Assembly: GCA_035548315.1 (NCBI GenBank)
Contig: DASZTF010000044.1
Location: 159,615 to 223,614, forward strand
Source: Minisyncoccota bacterium
GTDB lineage: Bacteria > Patescibacteriota > Minisyncoccia > Phycocordibacterales > Phycocordibacteraceae
Length of the DNA stretch: 64,000 nt
Direction of reading: 5' to 3'
Both the position numbers and the translations under genes were made by a program. The notes under the pieces were generated by a model, which made no database searches, was not told the origin of the DNA, and saw nothing but the letters and a program-made list of their open reading frames with translations. The stretch's first letter is position 1, and each line of letters starts with the position of its first letter. Positions 1 through 9,425 of this stretch are shown here, one piece after another.

Positions 1-59
1 CGCGCCCGAATCGCTCGGAAGCAAAGGATCAGCCATTGATTCCAGTATACGATATGCAA

Positions 60-470
60 CTAAAGCCCTTTGCAGTTACTCGCAGGTTGGTACCCCGCCG
101 CCTCCGCCGCTTCGCGCGTGGGGAACCACACTTTGTTCTCGTCCTTGATGAGCTTCACCGTGCCGCACCAGGGCAGGTAGTACTTACTGCCCGTTTTTGA
201 GGCAACGACTTCCCCACCTGCCGGAAGCGTCGTAGTGACAGGTGCCGCGGCCGCAGCGGCAGCGGTCATAAAGTCGGGGGTCGTGGTGCCGAGCTGGGTG
301 ATAGCCACCCCTCCCCCACCCTGGCTCCTGCCCTCCAAATAACCGAGGCCAAAGGCCGCCGTAGAGGCTAAAAGCACGATAGCGGCCCAGATATAGGCCG
401 GAGGGACCCGCTCCATGGCGGTCTTGCTGCGAGCTGCGAGCTCTGGTATACTCATCCTCACTAACAGCAT
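60..470 (-). CDS. Membrane-anchored or secreted small protein with a C-terminal Ada-like zinc-binding domain (Y-x-P-x-C ... N-x-x-x-F ... EA..AGY-x-P-x-x-x-C)
   Basis: N-terminal hydrophobic helix ([20 protein letters not shown]), Ala/Thr/Gly-rich linker, then the C-terminus [42 protein letters not shown], which resembles the Ada N-terminal metal-binding domain. Its start codon lies 6 nt from the divergent rpmA start, so Met19 (position 416) may be the true start. Confidence 0.5.
   Translation of the reverse strand: MLLVRMSIPELAARSKTAMERVPPAYIWAAIVLLASTAAFGLGYLEGRSQGGGGVAITQLGTTTPDFMTAAAAAAAPVTTTLPAGGEVVASKTGSKYYLPWCGTVKLIKDENKVWFPTREAAEAAGYQPASNCKGL
424..452 (+). promoter_or_regulatory. Putative sigma70-like promoter of rpmA (-35 TTGCTG, 17-bp spacer, -10 TATACT)
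   Basis: TTGCTG at 424-429 and TATACT at 447-452. rpmA ATG is at 477. Confidence 0.35.
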
Positions 471-476
471 ACCACT

Positions 477-749
477 ATGGCATCAACTAAAGCCGGCGGA
501 TCAACAAAGAACCTGCGCGACTCTAATCCGAAGTACCTCGGCGTGAAAATCGCTGACGGCGGAAAGGCCGCTCCGGGTCAGATCATCGTCCGCCAGCGCG
601 GCACCAAGATCGAGGCAGGTAAGAACGTGCGCGTAGGTCGCGATCACACGCTCTACGCATCGGCTGCGGGCACGGTCACGTTCCGCGAGCGCCGCAAGAC
701 CAGCTTCGACGGCAGCGTAAAGCGCAAGAAAGTCGTCGACGTCGCGTAA
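477..749 (+). CDS. rpmA: 50S ribosomal protein L27
   Basis: [18 protein letters not shown]...IIVRQRGTK...GRDHTLYA, a typical L27 signature. Confidence 0.95.
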   Translation: MASTKAGGSTKNLRDSNPKYLGVKIADGGKAAPGQIIVRQRGTKIEAGKNVRVGRDHTLYASAAGTVTFRERRKTSFDGSVKRKKVVDVA

Positions 750-760
750 GCACGTCAAAA

Positions 761-795
761 GAAAAACCCCGCTGAGTGCGGGGTTTTTCTTTTCA
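761..795. terminator. Rho-independent, probably bidirectional, terminator between convergent rpmA and rplI
   Basis: aaaaaccccgc-tgagt-gcggggttttt: perfect GC-rich stem flanked by A-run and T-run on both sides. Confidence 0.8.
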
Positions 796-808
796 GGCAT
801 CTGCCTAC

Positions 809-1234
809 CTACTCGGCGACGACTTCGAGGGTGAATGCACCCGAGTCATCACCAAATGAGACCGGGATCTCATGGGCGCCGATCTCTTTGATCGGGCGGT
901 CGAGGTCGATCGCGTCCTCGGGGACACCTGCCGCAGCGGCGATTTCTGCCACGGTGACGGCATCGTAGAGGTGTCCTTGCTCGTTCGCCTTCTTCTTCAC
1001 GGTCGGCTTCTCGCTCGCAAGCGCCTGGAGGCGGTCAGCGACTGCCTGGGCGCGCTTTGCGCGGTCCGCGGCGGATGCTGCGAGGCGGCCCTCAGCGACC
1101 TTGCGTGCAGCCGGGGTGGCTACTACCGCCATTTTCTTGGGGATGAGGAAGTTGAGCGCGTGCCCGTCAGCGACCTCCACGACCTCGTGGGCGCGCCCGG
1201 TATTCTTCACGTCTTTCGTGAGTACGACTTTCAT
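809..1234 (-). CDS. rplI: 50S ribosomal protein L9
   Basis: MKVVLTKDVKNTGRAHEVVEVADGHALNFLIPKKMA matches the L9 N-terminal domain; length 141 aa. Confidence 0.9.
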   Translation of the reverse strand: MKVVLTKDVKNTGRAHEVVEVADGHALNFLIPKKMAVVATPAARKVAEGRLAASAADRAKRAQAVADRLQALASEKPTVKKKANEQGHLYDAVTVAEIAAAAGVPEDAIDLDRPIKEIGAHEIPVSFGDDSGAFTLEVVAE

Positions 1235-1269
1235 ATATAGATTTGACTAAGTAGGCCTATCCTAGCGTT

Positions 1270-2565
1270 CTAGCGACCCGAGGTCAAGAACTGCACGGCG
1301 CGCTGGTATTGGGTGTCGTCGGCGCTGTCGGGAGTGATCTGTGTCGTGGAGGTAGCAAGCGTGGACTGGATGTCCGGCGTGAGGCCGCCGTCCGAGATGT
1401 TCTTGCCGCTTGGGGTGAGCCAGCGGGCCACGGTCACCTTCAGTGATCCCCCATCGATGTCGATGAGCTGCTGGACCGAACCCTTACCGAATGAGCGTGT
1501 GCCCACGAGCGTCGCCGCGTGATTATCCTGAAGCGCACCGGAAAGGATCTCCGATGCCGATGCCGAGCCCTGGTCGATGAGTACCACCACTTTCGTCCCG
1601 GTGGGAAGTCCGCCGGTGCCCGCGCTCGTATGCACATCGTTCTCGGCATTGCCTTCGTAATCTTCCGTCACGACCGTGGTGCCCTTCGGGAGGAAATGGC
1701 TTGCAATAGATACTGCCGCGTCGAGATACCCGCCCGGATTACCACGCAGATCGATGATGAGTTTGGTCGCGCCCGATTTCTCAAAGTCGGCAAACGCGGT
1801 GTCAAAAAGCTGCGCCGAATTGGCCGTGAATTCATAAAGCGCAATGGTATAGACACCAGTCGCACTGTCGTAGTGGTTATCGATTTCCGGCACCTGGATT
1901 GTGTCGCGCACCACAGGAATGGTGATTAGGCTGCCGTCACGAGCGACGACGAACGTGACGGTGGTGCCCTTGGGGCCGCGGATCGCCTGCACCGCTTCGT
2001 CGGTCGTCATGCCGTCGGTTGATTTACCATCGATAGAAGCGATCTGGTCTCCCGATTTCATGCCCGCGCGCTCAGCGGGAGTGTCCTTGAGCGGAGCGAT
2101 CACGGTGAGGATGCCATCCTTATCCACGCCGATCTCGATGCCGACGCCACTGAAATTACCGGAGATGTTATCGGCGAACACTTTTGCCTCCGCCGGTGGC
2201 ATGAATACCGTATAGGGATCGCCATACGCCGCGGTAAGGCCCTGGATAGCGCCCCAGACTTTCTCTTGGGTCGTGGGGATCGTGGTCGACGCATGCGTCT
2301 TTACGTAATTCTCGTCGAGCGCATTCCACGCCTTCCAGAAATCGGTGAGATCAGCGCTCGCGTCGGGGGTCGCGTCGAGTCCGTCGCCCAAGAGTGGGAC
2401 ATTCGCAAGTACGCTCGAACCGCTGTGTCCACCCACGAAGAGTCCGCCGACGAAAAATACGACCGCGACGAGTGCATACGTGATCGCGCTTTTCATGGAC
2501 AGCGCCGGCTGCCCGCCCTGCTCCTCGTCAAACATTGCAGTTATTCTATCACACGCGTATGGCAC
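1270..2565 (-). CDS. ctpA: Carboxyl-terminal processing protease (S41 peptidase, CtpA/Prc family)
   Basis: PDZ region (GVGIEIG...DGILTVIAPLKDTPAERAGMKSGDQI) and S41 catalytic motifs (LIIDLRGNPGGYL...GSASASEILSGALQD). Likely true start is at MKSAITYALVAVVFF (around 2498), a signal anchor. Confidence 0.9.
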   Translation of the reverse strand: MPYACDRITAMFDEEQGGQPALSMKSAITYALVAVVFFVGGLFVGGHSGSSVLANVPLLGDGLDATPDASADLTDFWKAWNALDENYVKTHASTTIPTTQEKVWGAIQGLTAAYGDPYTVFMPPAEAKVFADNISGNFSGVGIEIGVDKDGILTVIAPLKDTPAERAGMKSGDQIASIDGKSTDGMTTDEAVQAIRGPKGTTVTFVVARDGSLITIPVVRDTIQVPEIDNHYDSATGVYTIALYEFTANSAQLFDTAFADFEKSGATKLIIDLRGNPGGYLDAAVSIASHFLPKGTTVVTEDYEGNAENDVHTSAGTGGLPTGTKVVVLIDQGSASASEILSGALQDNHAATLVGTRSFGKGSVQQLIDIDGGSLKVTVARWLTPSGKNISDGGLTPDIQSTLATSTTQITPDSADDTQYQRAVQFLTSGR

Positions 2566-3509
2566 GGATGTGCGCGCGGTATACTACGAGCATGGTACTT
2601 CGTCATGTGCGCGGTGGCATCACCTGGATCGACATCGAATCGCCGGATCAGTCCGAGCTTGAGAATGTATTGCACGAATTTGACATCGATCCGCGCATCG
2701 AAGACGAAATTATTTCTCCCACGCCCTACCCGCTCTTTATCCCATTTACGGATTACGTCTACCTGGTGCTCCATTTCCCGACCGCGCTTCCTGAAGGCGG
2801 TACCAAGAATCAGGAAATGGACTTTATCGTGGGTAAGAATTTCATCATCACCGCCCGATACGAAGTCATCGACCCCATTCACAATCTCCACAAGGTATTT
2901 GAAGCCGAGGAGTTGCTCGGCATCCCGAAAAATGAGGTGAAGGCAGCCACGCTCCTCGAGCGGATTTTCCGCCGGCTCTACGGCGCGCTCGGCCAGGAAG
3001 TCGAGAGTGCGGCGCGCCAGCTCGAGCGTATCGAACGCGACATCTTTGCGGGCCGCGAGCGTGCTACCGTGCGCGCCATTTCCGAGGTCGGCCGCATGCT
3101 GCTGCGCTTTGATACCACACTCGCACGGCATGCCGAACCCCTTTCCGCATTCATCGACGAGCTTTCCGATCCGCGCTTTTTCGGCAAGAACTTCAATGAG
3201 CACGGCGCACACATCCGCGCCGAACGCGAGCACGCGGTGAACCTCATCGCCTCCTACCGCGCGGTGACTACCGAGCTCCGCGATACGAACGATTCCCTTC
3301 TCTCCACTTCCCAGAACGAAGTCATGAAGACCCTCACGGTGGTGACCTTCATCGTCTTCCCACTCTCGCTTATCGCCGCGCTCTTCCAGATGAATGTGCC
3401 GGGCGCGCCGCTCATGGACAATCCGCACGCATTCTGGATCGTCATCAGTCTCATGGTGTGTCTCTCGGGGCTCCTCGCGTGGTTCACCATTCACCGCAAG
3501 TGGCTGTAG
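2535..3509 (+). CDS. corA: CorA-family divalent cation transporter with a Q-M-N variant of the G-M-N signature
   Basis: C-terminal two-TM architecture FIVFPLSLIAALFQMNVPG...FWIVISLMVCLSGLLAWFTIHRKWL. Annotated start is TTG; ATG alternatives at 2559 and 2592. Confidence 0.8.
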   Translation: MQLFYHTRMARMCARYTTSMVLRHVRGGITWIDIESPDQSELENVLHEFDIDPRIEDEIISPTPYPLFIPFTDYVYLVLHFPTALPEGGTKNQEMDFIVGKNFIITARYEVIDPIHNLHKVFEAEELLGIPKNEVKAATLLERIFRRLYGALGQEVESAARQLERIERDIFAGRERATVRAISEVGRMLLRFDTTLARHAEPLSAFIDELSDPRFFGKNFNEHGAHIRAEREHAVNLIASYRAVTTELRDTNDSLLSTSQNEVMKTLTVVTFIVFPLSLIAALFQMNVPGAPLMDNPHAFWIVISLMVCLSGLLAWFTIHRKWL

Positions 3510-3518
3510 AATAGGGAC

Positions 3519-4961
3519 ATGTGGCCCTTCACGCATAGGCGCGAGCTCACCGACTCTGCTGCCCCCATTTTCTTTACCAATACGATGACTGGGAAGAAGG
3601 ACCTGTTCATCTCGCTTAAGCCGGGAGTGGTCTCCATGTATTCTTGCGGCCCCACTGTTTACAGCCGTGCGCACATCGGGAATATGCGCGCCTACATTTT
3701 CTCCGACACCATTGCGCGCGTGCTCATACAGGCGGGCTACCATGTGCGCCGCGTGATCAATATCACCGACGTCGGCCACCTCGTGGGTGACGGCGACCAT
3801 GGCGAAGACAAGATGGCCAAGGGCGCGCGCGAAGAGCAAAAGTCGCCCGCAGAAATCGCGAGCCACTACGCCAAGCTTTTTATCGAGGATCTTGCTGCGC
3901 TCAATGTGGACACAGATGCCATCCTCTTTCCCCGCGCGACGGAATATATAAAGGAGCAGATCGCGATGGTGAAGACGCTCGAGGAACGCGGCTTCGCCTA
4001 TCGCGCCGAGGACGGTATCTATTTTGATACCGGCAAGTTCCCCAACTACGGCCGCCTGGGTGGTGCGAACCGTGCGGAGCTCCTCCCCGGCGCGCGTATC
4101 GAGAAAATCCGTGGGAAAAAAAGCGGCACCGATTTCGTCCTCTGGCGCGATGCGAAGCCCGATGACCTCCAGCAGTGGGACTCGCCCTGGGGCCGCGGCA
4201 ACCCCGGCTGGCACATCGAGTGCTCCGCCATGATCAAGTCGGTGCTCGGCACCGAGATCGACATCCACACGGGCGGCATGGATCACATCCCCACGCACCA
4301 CAATAATGAAATCGCGCAGTCAGAAGCAGTGAATGATCGCCCGCTTGCGCGCTACTGGATTCATGAGGCGTTCCTCACCGTGGGCACGGACAAAATCTCC
4401 AAGTCGCTCCAGAACGACGTCTACATTTCTGAAATTGCGCAGAAGGGATTCGACCCGCTTGCGCTGCGGTACCTATTCCTCCAAGCGCACTACCGCACCC
4501 CGCTTTCTTTCAGCTGGGACTCACTCGCCGCCGCGCATGAATCATTGCGGCGTCTGCGCCGCATCGCGGGTGAAGTGCGCGCCGAATCGGGCGGTACCGC
4601 AGAAGACTCAGAAGAGCGTGATCGTTTTATCTCGCACGTGCGGGACGATCTCGGGACGCCCCAAGCGCTTGCCATACTTTCCACAACGCTCCGCGAAGAA
4701 GAACTCTCGCCCGGCGAGAAGTGGGGCCTCATCGAGGCCGCCGATGCCCTGCTTGGCCTGCGGCTCGCAGAAGGCAATGAAGCACCCCCTGCCCTGGCGA
4801 GCTTGCCCCAGGACATCCAGAAGCTCGTATTTGAGCGGGATATGGCCCGGAGCGGTGGGGATTTCGCCCGTGCGGACGCCCTCCGTTATGAACTCCAGGG
4901 CCGGGGATATCGTGTGGAAGACGGGCCAAACGGGACGCTACTCACGAAAGACGCACGGTGA
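3519..4961 (+). CDS. cysS: Cysteinyl-tRNA synthetase
   Basis: MYSCGPTVYSRAHIGNMRAYIFSDTIARVL, the CysRS zinc-binding region, and KISKS (KMSKS-type motif). Probable start at MTGKK (3585). Confidence 0.95.
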   Translation: MWPFTHRRELTDSAAPIFFTNTMTGKKDLFISLKPGVVSMYSCGPTVYSRAHIGNMRAYIFSDTIARVLIQAGYHVRRVINITDVGHLVGDGDHGEDKMAKGAREEQKSPAEIASHYAKLFIEDLAALNVDTDAILFPRATEYIKEQIAMVKTLEERGFAYRAEDGIYFDTGKFPNYGRLGGANRAELLPGARIEKIRGKKSGTDFVLWRDAKPDDLQQWDSPWGRGNPGWHIECSAMIKSVLGTEIDIHTGGMDHIPTHHNNEIAQSEAVNDRPLARYWIHEAFLTVGTDKISKSLQNDVYISEIAQKGFDPLALRYLFLQAHYRTPLSFSWDSLAAAHESLRRLRRIAGEVRAESGGTAEDSEERDRFISHVRDDLGTPQALAILSTTLREEELSPGEKWGLIEAADALLGLRLAEGNEAPPALASLPQDIQKLVFERDMARSGGDFARADALRYELQGRGYRVEDGPNGTLLTKDAR

Positions 4962-4970
4962 TACGATTGG

Positions 4971-6338
4971 GTGATGGCTAGCGATCCCGTCACCCGCATA
5001 CCGCCCCAGAGTCTCGAGTCTGAGCGGGCGCTCCTCGGCGCACTCCTCCTCAAGCCCGATGCGCTCCACGATGTGGCGGACACGATCCGAGCAGACTCTT
5101 TTTATGCAGAGAAGCACAGGATCATTTTCGAGACGATGCTCGAGCTCTCCAACAAGGGCGAGCCAATAGACCTGCTCACCATGGGCGTGCTGCTCGAAGG
5201 CAAGGGACTCCTCGAACGCGCGGGCACCAAGTCGTACCTCGCGGAGCTCGTGTCTGCGACGCCATCACCGGGTAACTACGCACACTACGCGGACCTGGTC
5301 TCGCGTAAGCATGTGATGCGCTCCTTGATCGACGCTGCGTATGAAATTACCGAGAATGCGTACGACGAGTCGAAAGACACGCACGAAGTGCTCGACCATG
5401 CAGAGAAATCCGTGTACGCAATCGGAAACGCTTCTGCAGTGCACAAATTTATTGCTGTGTCGGAGAAAGTAGAATCCGCCTGGGAACGCATCGAGAACCT
5501 TTCTAAAAATAAGGATGCGATCCGCGGCGTCCCGACTGGGTTCCCCGACCTCGACAACCTGCTCTCGGGCCTCCACCCGTCTGACCTCGTGATCCTCGCA
5601 GCGCGCCCGTCGGTCGGTAAGTCGTCGCTCATGCTCGACATCGCGCGCAACGCCGCAGTAAAGCACAACATCCCCGTGGGCATCTTCAGTCTGGAAATGA
5701 GCTCCGAGCAGCTCGTGGACCGTATGCTCGCCGCCGAGTCGCATGTGAACGCGTGGAAAATCCGCACCGGCGCGGTGCACGCCGAGGAGGACTTCGGCAA
5801 GATCCGCGACGCGCTCGAGACGCTTTCTAAGGCACCCATTTTCATCGACGACAAGCCGGGTAACAACATCCTCTCCATGCGCGCGGTGGCGCGCCGTTTG
5901 AAGCGCGAGCGCGGCATCGGTCTCATCATCGTGGACTACCTCCAGCTCATGGCGCCTACCAATACAAAAGCATCCGATTCCATGGTGCAGCAGGTCACAG
6001 AAATCTCGCGCTCGCTCAAACAGCTCGCGCGCGAACTCGATGTGCCGGTGCTCGCGCTCTCGCAGCTTTCGCGCGCGGTCGAGCAGCGCGGTGGCAAGCC
6101 ACGTCTCTCCGACCTGCGCGACTCGGGCTCTATCGAGCAGGACGCCGACGTGGTGATGTTCATCCACCGCGATGACAAAGTGAACGCCGAGAGCGACAAG
6201 CCGAACATCGTGGAGATCTTGGTCGAGAAGCATCGCAACGGGCCCACGGGTAAGGTCGACCTCTATTTCGATCAGAAACGCACGTCCTACCTCCCCGTCG
6301 ATAAGTCTGGCTATGGTGAGTTCGCGAACGAGTTTTAA
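4971..6338 (+). CDS. dnaB: Replicative DNA helicase DnaB
   Basis: The N-terminus matches the DnaB primase-interaction domain (ERALLGALLLKPDALHDVADTIRADSFYAEKHRIIFETM) and Walker A (GAARPSVGKSS); RecA-like core and 455 aa length. Confidence 0.95.
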   Translation: MMASDPVTRIPPQSLESERALLGALLLKPDALHDVADTIRADSFYAEKHRIIFETMLELSNKGEPIDLLTMGVLLEGKGLLERAGTKSYLAELVSATPSPGNYAHYADLVSRKHVMRSLIDAAYEITENAYDESKDTHEVLDHAEKSVYAIGNASAVHKFIAVSEKVESAWERIENLSKNKDAIRGVPTGFPDLDNLLSGLHPSDLVILAARPSVGKSSLMLDIARNAAVKHNIPVGIFSLEMSSEQLVDRMLAAESHVNAWKIRTGAVHAEEDFGKIRDALETLSKAPIFIDDKPGNNILSMRAVARRLKRERGIGLIIVDYLQLMAPTNTKASDSMVQQVTEISRSLKQLARELDVPVLALSQLSRAVEQRGGKPRLSDLRDSGSIEQDADVVMFIHRDDKVNAESDKPNIVEILVEKHRNGPTGKVDLYFDQKRTSYLPVDKSGYGEFANEF

Positions 6339-6340
6339 TC

Positions 6341-6946
6341 ATGAGGGATCAGATTGAGGAACTCTCGGCAGCGCTCGCTCGCTTCCCGGGCGTAGGTCCG
6401 CGTCAGGCGCGCCGGTTCGCGTACTACCTGCTTACCACCACGCAGGCGGAGCGCGCAAAGCTCGCAGCGCTCGTCGAGAGTATCGCCGATACGGTCCGCC
6501 AGTGCCGCGAGTGCTACCGATTTGCCGCTACCGATAAAGACGGCCGCTGCAATTACTGCGCCGATACCTCGCGCGATGATGCGCTCCTCATGATCGTGGA
6601 AAAGGACCAGGACCTCCTCGCGGTCGAGCGTGCGGGCACATACCGCGGCCGGTACTTCGTGCTCGGCGGTGTACTCACGCTCTCGGGTAAGGGCGCGATC
6701 CGTGAGAAGGAGCTTGGGAAAGCGGTCGGTATGCGGCTCGCGGCAGGGCTGAAAGAGATCGTGCTCGCACTCTCGGCCACGAGCGAGGGCGAACACACCG
6801 CTGACCGCGTGCGGGAACTCATCCTGCCCTACCGCGGTCGCGTGCAGGCCTCGACGCTCGGGCGTGGGCTCTCGACTGGAGCGGAATTGGAATACGCAGA
6901 TGCAGCAACGCTCGCGGGCGCGCTGCAGAACAGAAAGGAGACCTAA
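6341..6946 (+). CDS. recR: Recombination protein RecR
   Basis: HhH N-terminus (FPGVGPRQARRFAYYLL), C4 zinc finger (CRECYRF...CNYC), Toprim region; 201 aa. Confidence 0.95.
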   Translation: MRDQIEELSAALARFPGVGPRQARRFAYYLLTTTQAERAKLAALVESIADTVRQCRECYRFAATDKDGRCNYCADTSRDDALLMIVEKDQDLLAVERAGTYRGRYFVLGGVLTLSGKGAIREKELGKAVGMRLAAGLKEIVLALSATSEGEHTADRVRELILPYRGRVQASTLGRGLSTGAELEYADAATLAGALQNRKET

Positions 6947-6948
6947 AT

Positions 6949-7095
6949 ATGCAAAAGCGCTACCGCTCCCACGAACTCCTCACCCACTTCCGCTGTCGCT
7001 CGTGTGATAAATGGTGGACGGTCGCGACCGCACCTAAGTCTAAAAAGCAGTGGTTCTGCACGTGGTGCGGGAAGGAGGTGAAGCATAAGAAATAA
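6949..7095 (+). CDS. Small (48 aa) zinc-ribbon protein, CxxC-x17-CxxC (not in the ORF track because <60 aa)
   Basis: MQKRYRSHELLTHFRCRSCDKWWTVATAPKSKKQWFCTWCGKEVKHKK. AGGAG Shine-Dalgarno 8 nt upstream; starts 3 nt after the recR stop; followed by a hairpin. Confidence 0.45.
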   Translation: MQKRYRSHELLTHFRCRSCDKWWTVATAPKSKKQWFCTWCGKEVKHKK

Positions 7096-7102
7096 GTTGA
7101 CC

Positions 7103-7150
7103 CCGTGTGTCGTTTCCTTTTGAGGGGAAACAAACACGCGGGGCCATTCG
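7103..7150. terminator. Imperfect GC-rich hairpin between convergent genes (small ORF and membrane protein)
   Basis: ccccgtgtgtcgtttcc...ggaaacaaacacgcgggg. Confidence 0.4.
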
Positions 7151-7175
7151 CCGTTAGAGGAGGCTTCTGCGGCGA

Positions 7176-7496
7176 TTACGGGGTCGCGAGCTCCTTCCAT
7201 TTGAGCTCGACCCAGTGATTGAATGCGCGACCGGTGTGGCCGCCGTGAATCTCATCGACGGCGAAAAGCATGAAGCCGCCGAGAGCGAACGGGAAGCTGA
7301 GCGTGAGCGTGAGGCTCGCGAGCCCCATCACCATACCGGCATGAACGCCGTAGATGAATGAGAAGATCGCGAGCCCAAGCCCGATTGCGCGGTAGAGCGT
7401 CATGAGGCTCGGTTTCGGGCGTGCGCCGAGAAAGTACCCGGCGATTGCCGAAACCAGGACCGACCAGATGAGCCAGTCGTACAGAATGTGTTTCAT
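7176..7496 (-). CDS. Small membrane protein (3 predicted TM helices), unknown function
   Basis: Hydrophobic segments throughout; strong Shine-Dalgarno (aagggggaaat before ATG). Confidence 0.6.
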   Translation of the reverse strand: MKHILYDWLIWSVLVSAIAGYFLGARPKPSLMTLYRAIGLGLAIFSFIYGVHAGMVMGLASLTLTLSFPFALGGFMLFAVDEIHGGHTGRAFNHWVELKWKELATP

Positions 7497-7621
7497 ATTT
7501 CCCCCTTGCCTGGTACGCAGGCGGCTATGGCTTCCCTTACGGAAGGACCAATTTACTACCCGGTAATCATAACACTATTTAGGGGAAATTGTCAAGACCC
7601 GCCTGCGACGGGTCTGTGGGG

Positions 7622-7939
7622 TTAGGCGACCTTGTCGATGGTGACCTTTACATACGGCTGGCGGTGGCCACGGCGCTTGAGGTAGCGGCTCTTGGCCTTA
7701 TATTTGACCACCTCGAGCTTCTTGGCCTTGCCCGAGCGTACTACTGTGCCGGTGACCTTGGCGCCGGAAATAGCCGGATTTCCGACCTTGGTAGCCTTGC
7801 CATCGTCGGTGAGAAGCACGGTGTCAAACGTGACCGCGTCGCCCTCGGCGACCTCCTTAGGAAGCTTCTCGATGTAAATAGCGTCGCCCTGCTTGACGAC
7901 GAACTGCTTGCCCCCGGTCTTGATGACTGCGATATCCAT
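7622..7939 (-). CDS. rplU: 50S ribosomal protein L21
   Basis: MDIAVIKTGGKQFVVKQGDAIYIEKL...YKAKSRYLKRRGHRQPYVKVTI. Confidence 0.95.
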   Translation of the reverse strand: MDIAVIKTGGKQFVVKQGDAIYIEKLPKEVAEGDAVTFDTVLLTDDGKATKVGNPAISGAKVTGTVVRSGKAKKLEVVKYKAKSRYLKRRGHRQPYVKVTIDKVA

Positions 7940-7979
7940 AGTCCCCCCAATTTAGCGGTTTCCTGGGCAAAAAGCAAGG

Positions 7980-9161
7980 CTAGGCCTCAAGCTCGAGTTG
8001 CGGCTTATCAAGTGCAAGCGCTTCCACGCCGATCTTCTCTCCCGAGATGCGGTATACGTCTTTATCAATCTTGGCGAGTTCTTTGTGGCCGGAGTTAAAG
8101 TGCGAGACGACGGTGCCGAGCGCATTCCCCATCTTGCCGTAGAAGGTGTTCATGGAGTCGATGTGCTTCCCGAGTTCCCCCACGCGCTTCTGGATTTCTT
8201 CTGCGCGCTGTTCGATCTTGAGTGCGTTCAAGCCGAGGAGAACCGTTTGGAGGTAGGCCAAGAACGACGTCGGCGAGACGATGATGACTTTATATTTAGA
8301 AGCTGCACGCTGGAGTAGGTTCTCGTCTTCTCCGGCACCCACCTGATTGGTGAGCAGGTCGTAATAAATGCCTTCGGACGGGATGAACATAAATGCGAAG
8401 TCGAGGGTGTTCTCTTCTGGGCGAATATATTTCGCGGTTTCAGTAATGCGCAGCTTCAAATCATTCACGAAGGTCTTCTCAATAGCCGCGCGCTCGGATG
8501 GCTCGCAGTGTATGAGGCGATTGTAGTTATCGAGCGAGAACTTGGAGTCCACGGGCACGACTTTCCCATTCACGAACACGGCCGCATCCACGATTTCCCC
8601 ATTTTTAAATGGGTACTGTATCTGGTACCCGTCGGGCGGCAGCACGTTTTTGAGTGTCGTCTCAAGATAGTATTCGCCGAGGATGCCGCGCTGTTTAGGA
8701 TTTTTCAAAATATCCTGAAGGTCTTTCAGCTCTTCTGCAAAGCTTTGCGTCTGCCGACTGATCTCTTTCACACTCGTGAGCTCTTCGGTGATCTCACGCA
8801 CGAGCTTCATCGATTCAGAAGACTGCTTGTACGCACTGTCCTGCATCTCCCTGCTCGACTTCGCTACCCGATCATCGAGCGTGCGCTCAAGGTTCTGGAG
8901 CTGCTGCTGCAGGAGCAGCAGGTCACTCCCCGCTCCCGCTTTTGGGTCGCTATCCTGTTTACGCTGGCGCGAGATGAGCCACAGCCCCACGCCCTGGACC
9001 ACCACAAGCACAATGATGAGGACGCCGATTTCCGTGATCGTCATACCGTAAGTATACCTTGTAAATGAAAAGGGCCCGGCTTTATTTTCCGGTGCCCTGT
9101 TCTCCCACCATACGGCTTTACAAAGCGGCAGAAACTCTGCCATTTGTGACGACGAACGCAT
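7980..9161 (-). CDS. rmuC: DNA recombination protein RmuC
   Basis: N-terminal TM helix, coiled-coil, then conserved RmuC nuclease-like region (GILGEYYLETTLKNVLPPDGYQIQYPF...FAFMFIPSEGIYYDLL). Probable start at MTITEIG (9044). Confidence 0.85.
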   Translation of the reverse strand: MRSSSQMAEFLPLCKAVWWENRAPENKAGPFSFTRYTYGMTITEIGVLIIVLVVVQGVGLWLISRQRKQDSDPKAGAGSDLLLLQQQLQNLERTLDDRVAKSSREMQDSAYKQSSESMKLVREITEELTSVKEISRQTQSFAEELKDLQDILKNPKQRGILGEYYLETTLKNVLPPDGYQIQYPFKNGEIVDAAVFVNGKVVPVDSKFSLDNYNRLIHCEPSERAAIEKTFVNDLKLRITETAKYIRPEENTLDFAFMFIPSEGIYYDLLTNQVGAGEDENLLQRAASKYKVIIVSPTSFLAYLQTVLLGLNALKIEQRAEEIQKRVGELGKHIDSMNTFYGKMGNALGTVVSHFNSGHKELAKIDKDVYRISGEKIGVEALALDKPQLELEA

Positions 9162-9395
9162 TGCTGACGCGCAGATTCGAGGGAATTACTTCGAGTTCGA
9201 TCAGGAACGTGAACACCTCCTGCGTATCCCGCCGACGCACTGCAAGCAGCACGCGCCCGCCGATTTGGTCGATCCATGTCGGTTGTCCGACGAGGCAATA
9301 AGGAACACCTTCCTCGAGCTGGGACCATGGGTCCGTAGTAAAAGGAAGCGGCTTCAGTTTCGTGGCTGTACTCAACGCAACTTCTCCCGGTGTTG

Positions 9396-9425
9396 GTGCG
9401 GTAGTCTTTACCGCACGTGTATAAT
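9396..9425 (+). promoter_or_regulatory. Perfect 7-bp inverted repeat (gtgcggt-N7-accgcac) abutting a perfect TATAAT -10 hexamer, 62 nt upstream of yqeY
   Basis: ggtgcggtagtctttaccgcacgtgTATAATacc; candidate operator overlapping the promoter. Confidence 0.35.

Noticed and set aside
2541-4301. 586-aa minus-strand ORF
   Set aside because: Antisense to the well-supported corA and cysS genes; long spurious ORFs are expected in high-GC DNA; no recognisable motifs.
5265-6233. 322-aa minus-strand ORF
   Set aside because: Antisense to dnaB.
9118-9375. 85-aa minus-strand ORF in the rmuC-yqeY gap
   Set aside because: Initiates with TTG, no Shine-Dalgarno, no motif; kept only as a note in the long-intergenic finding.
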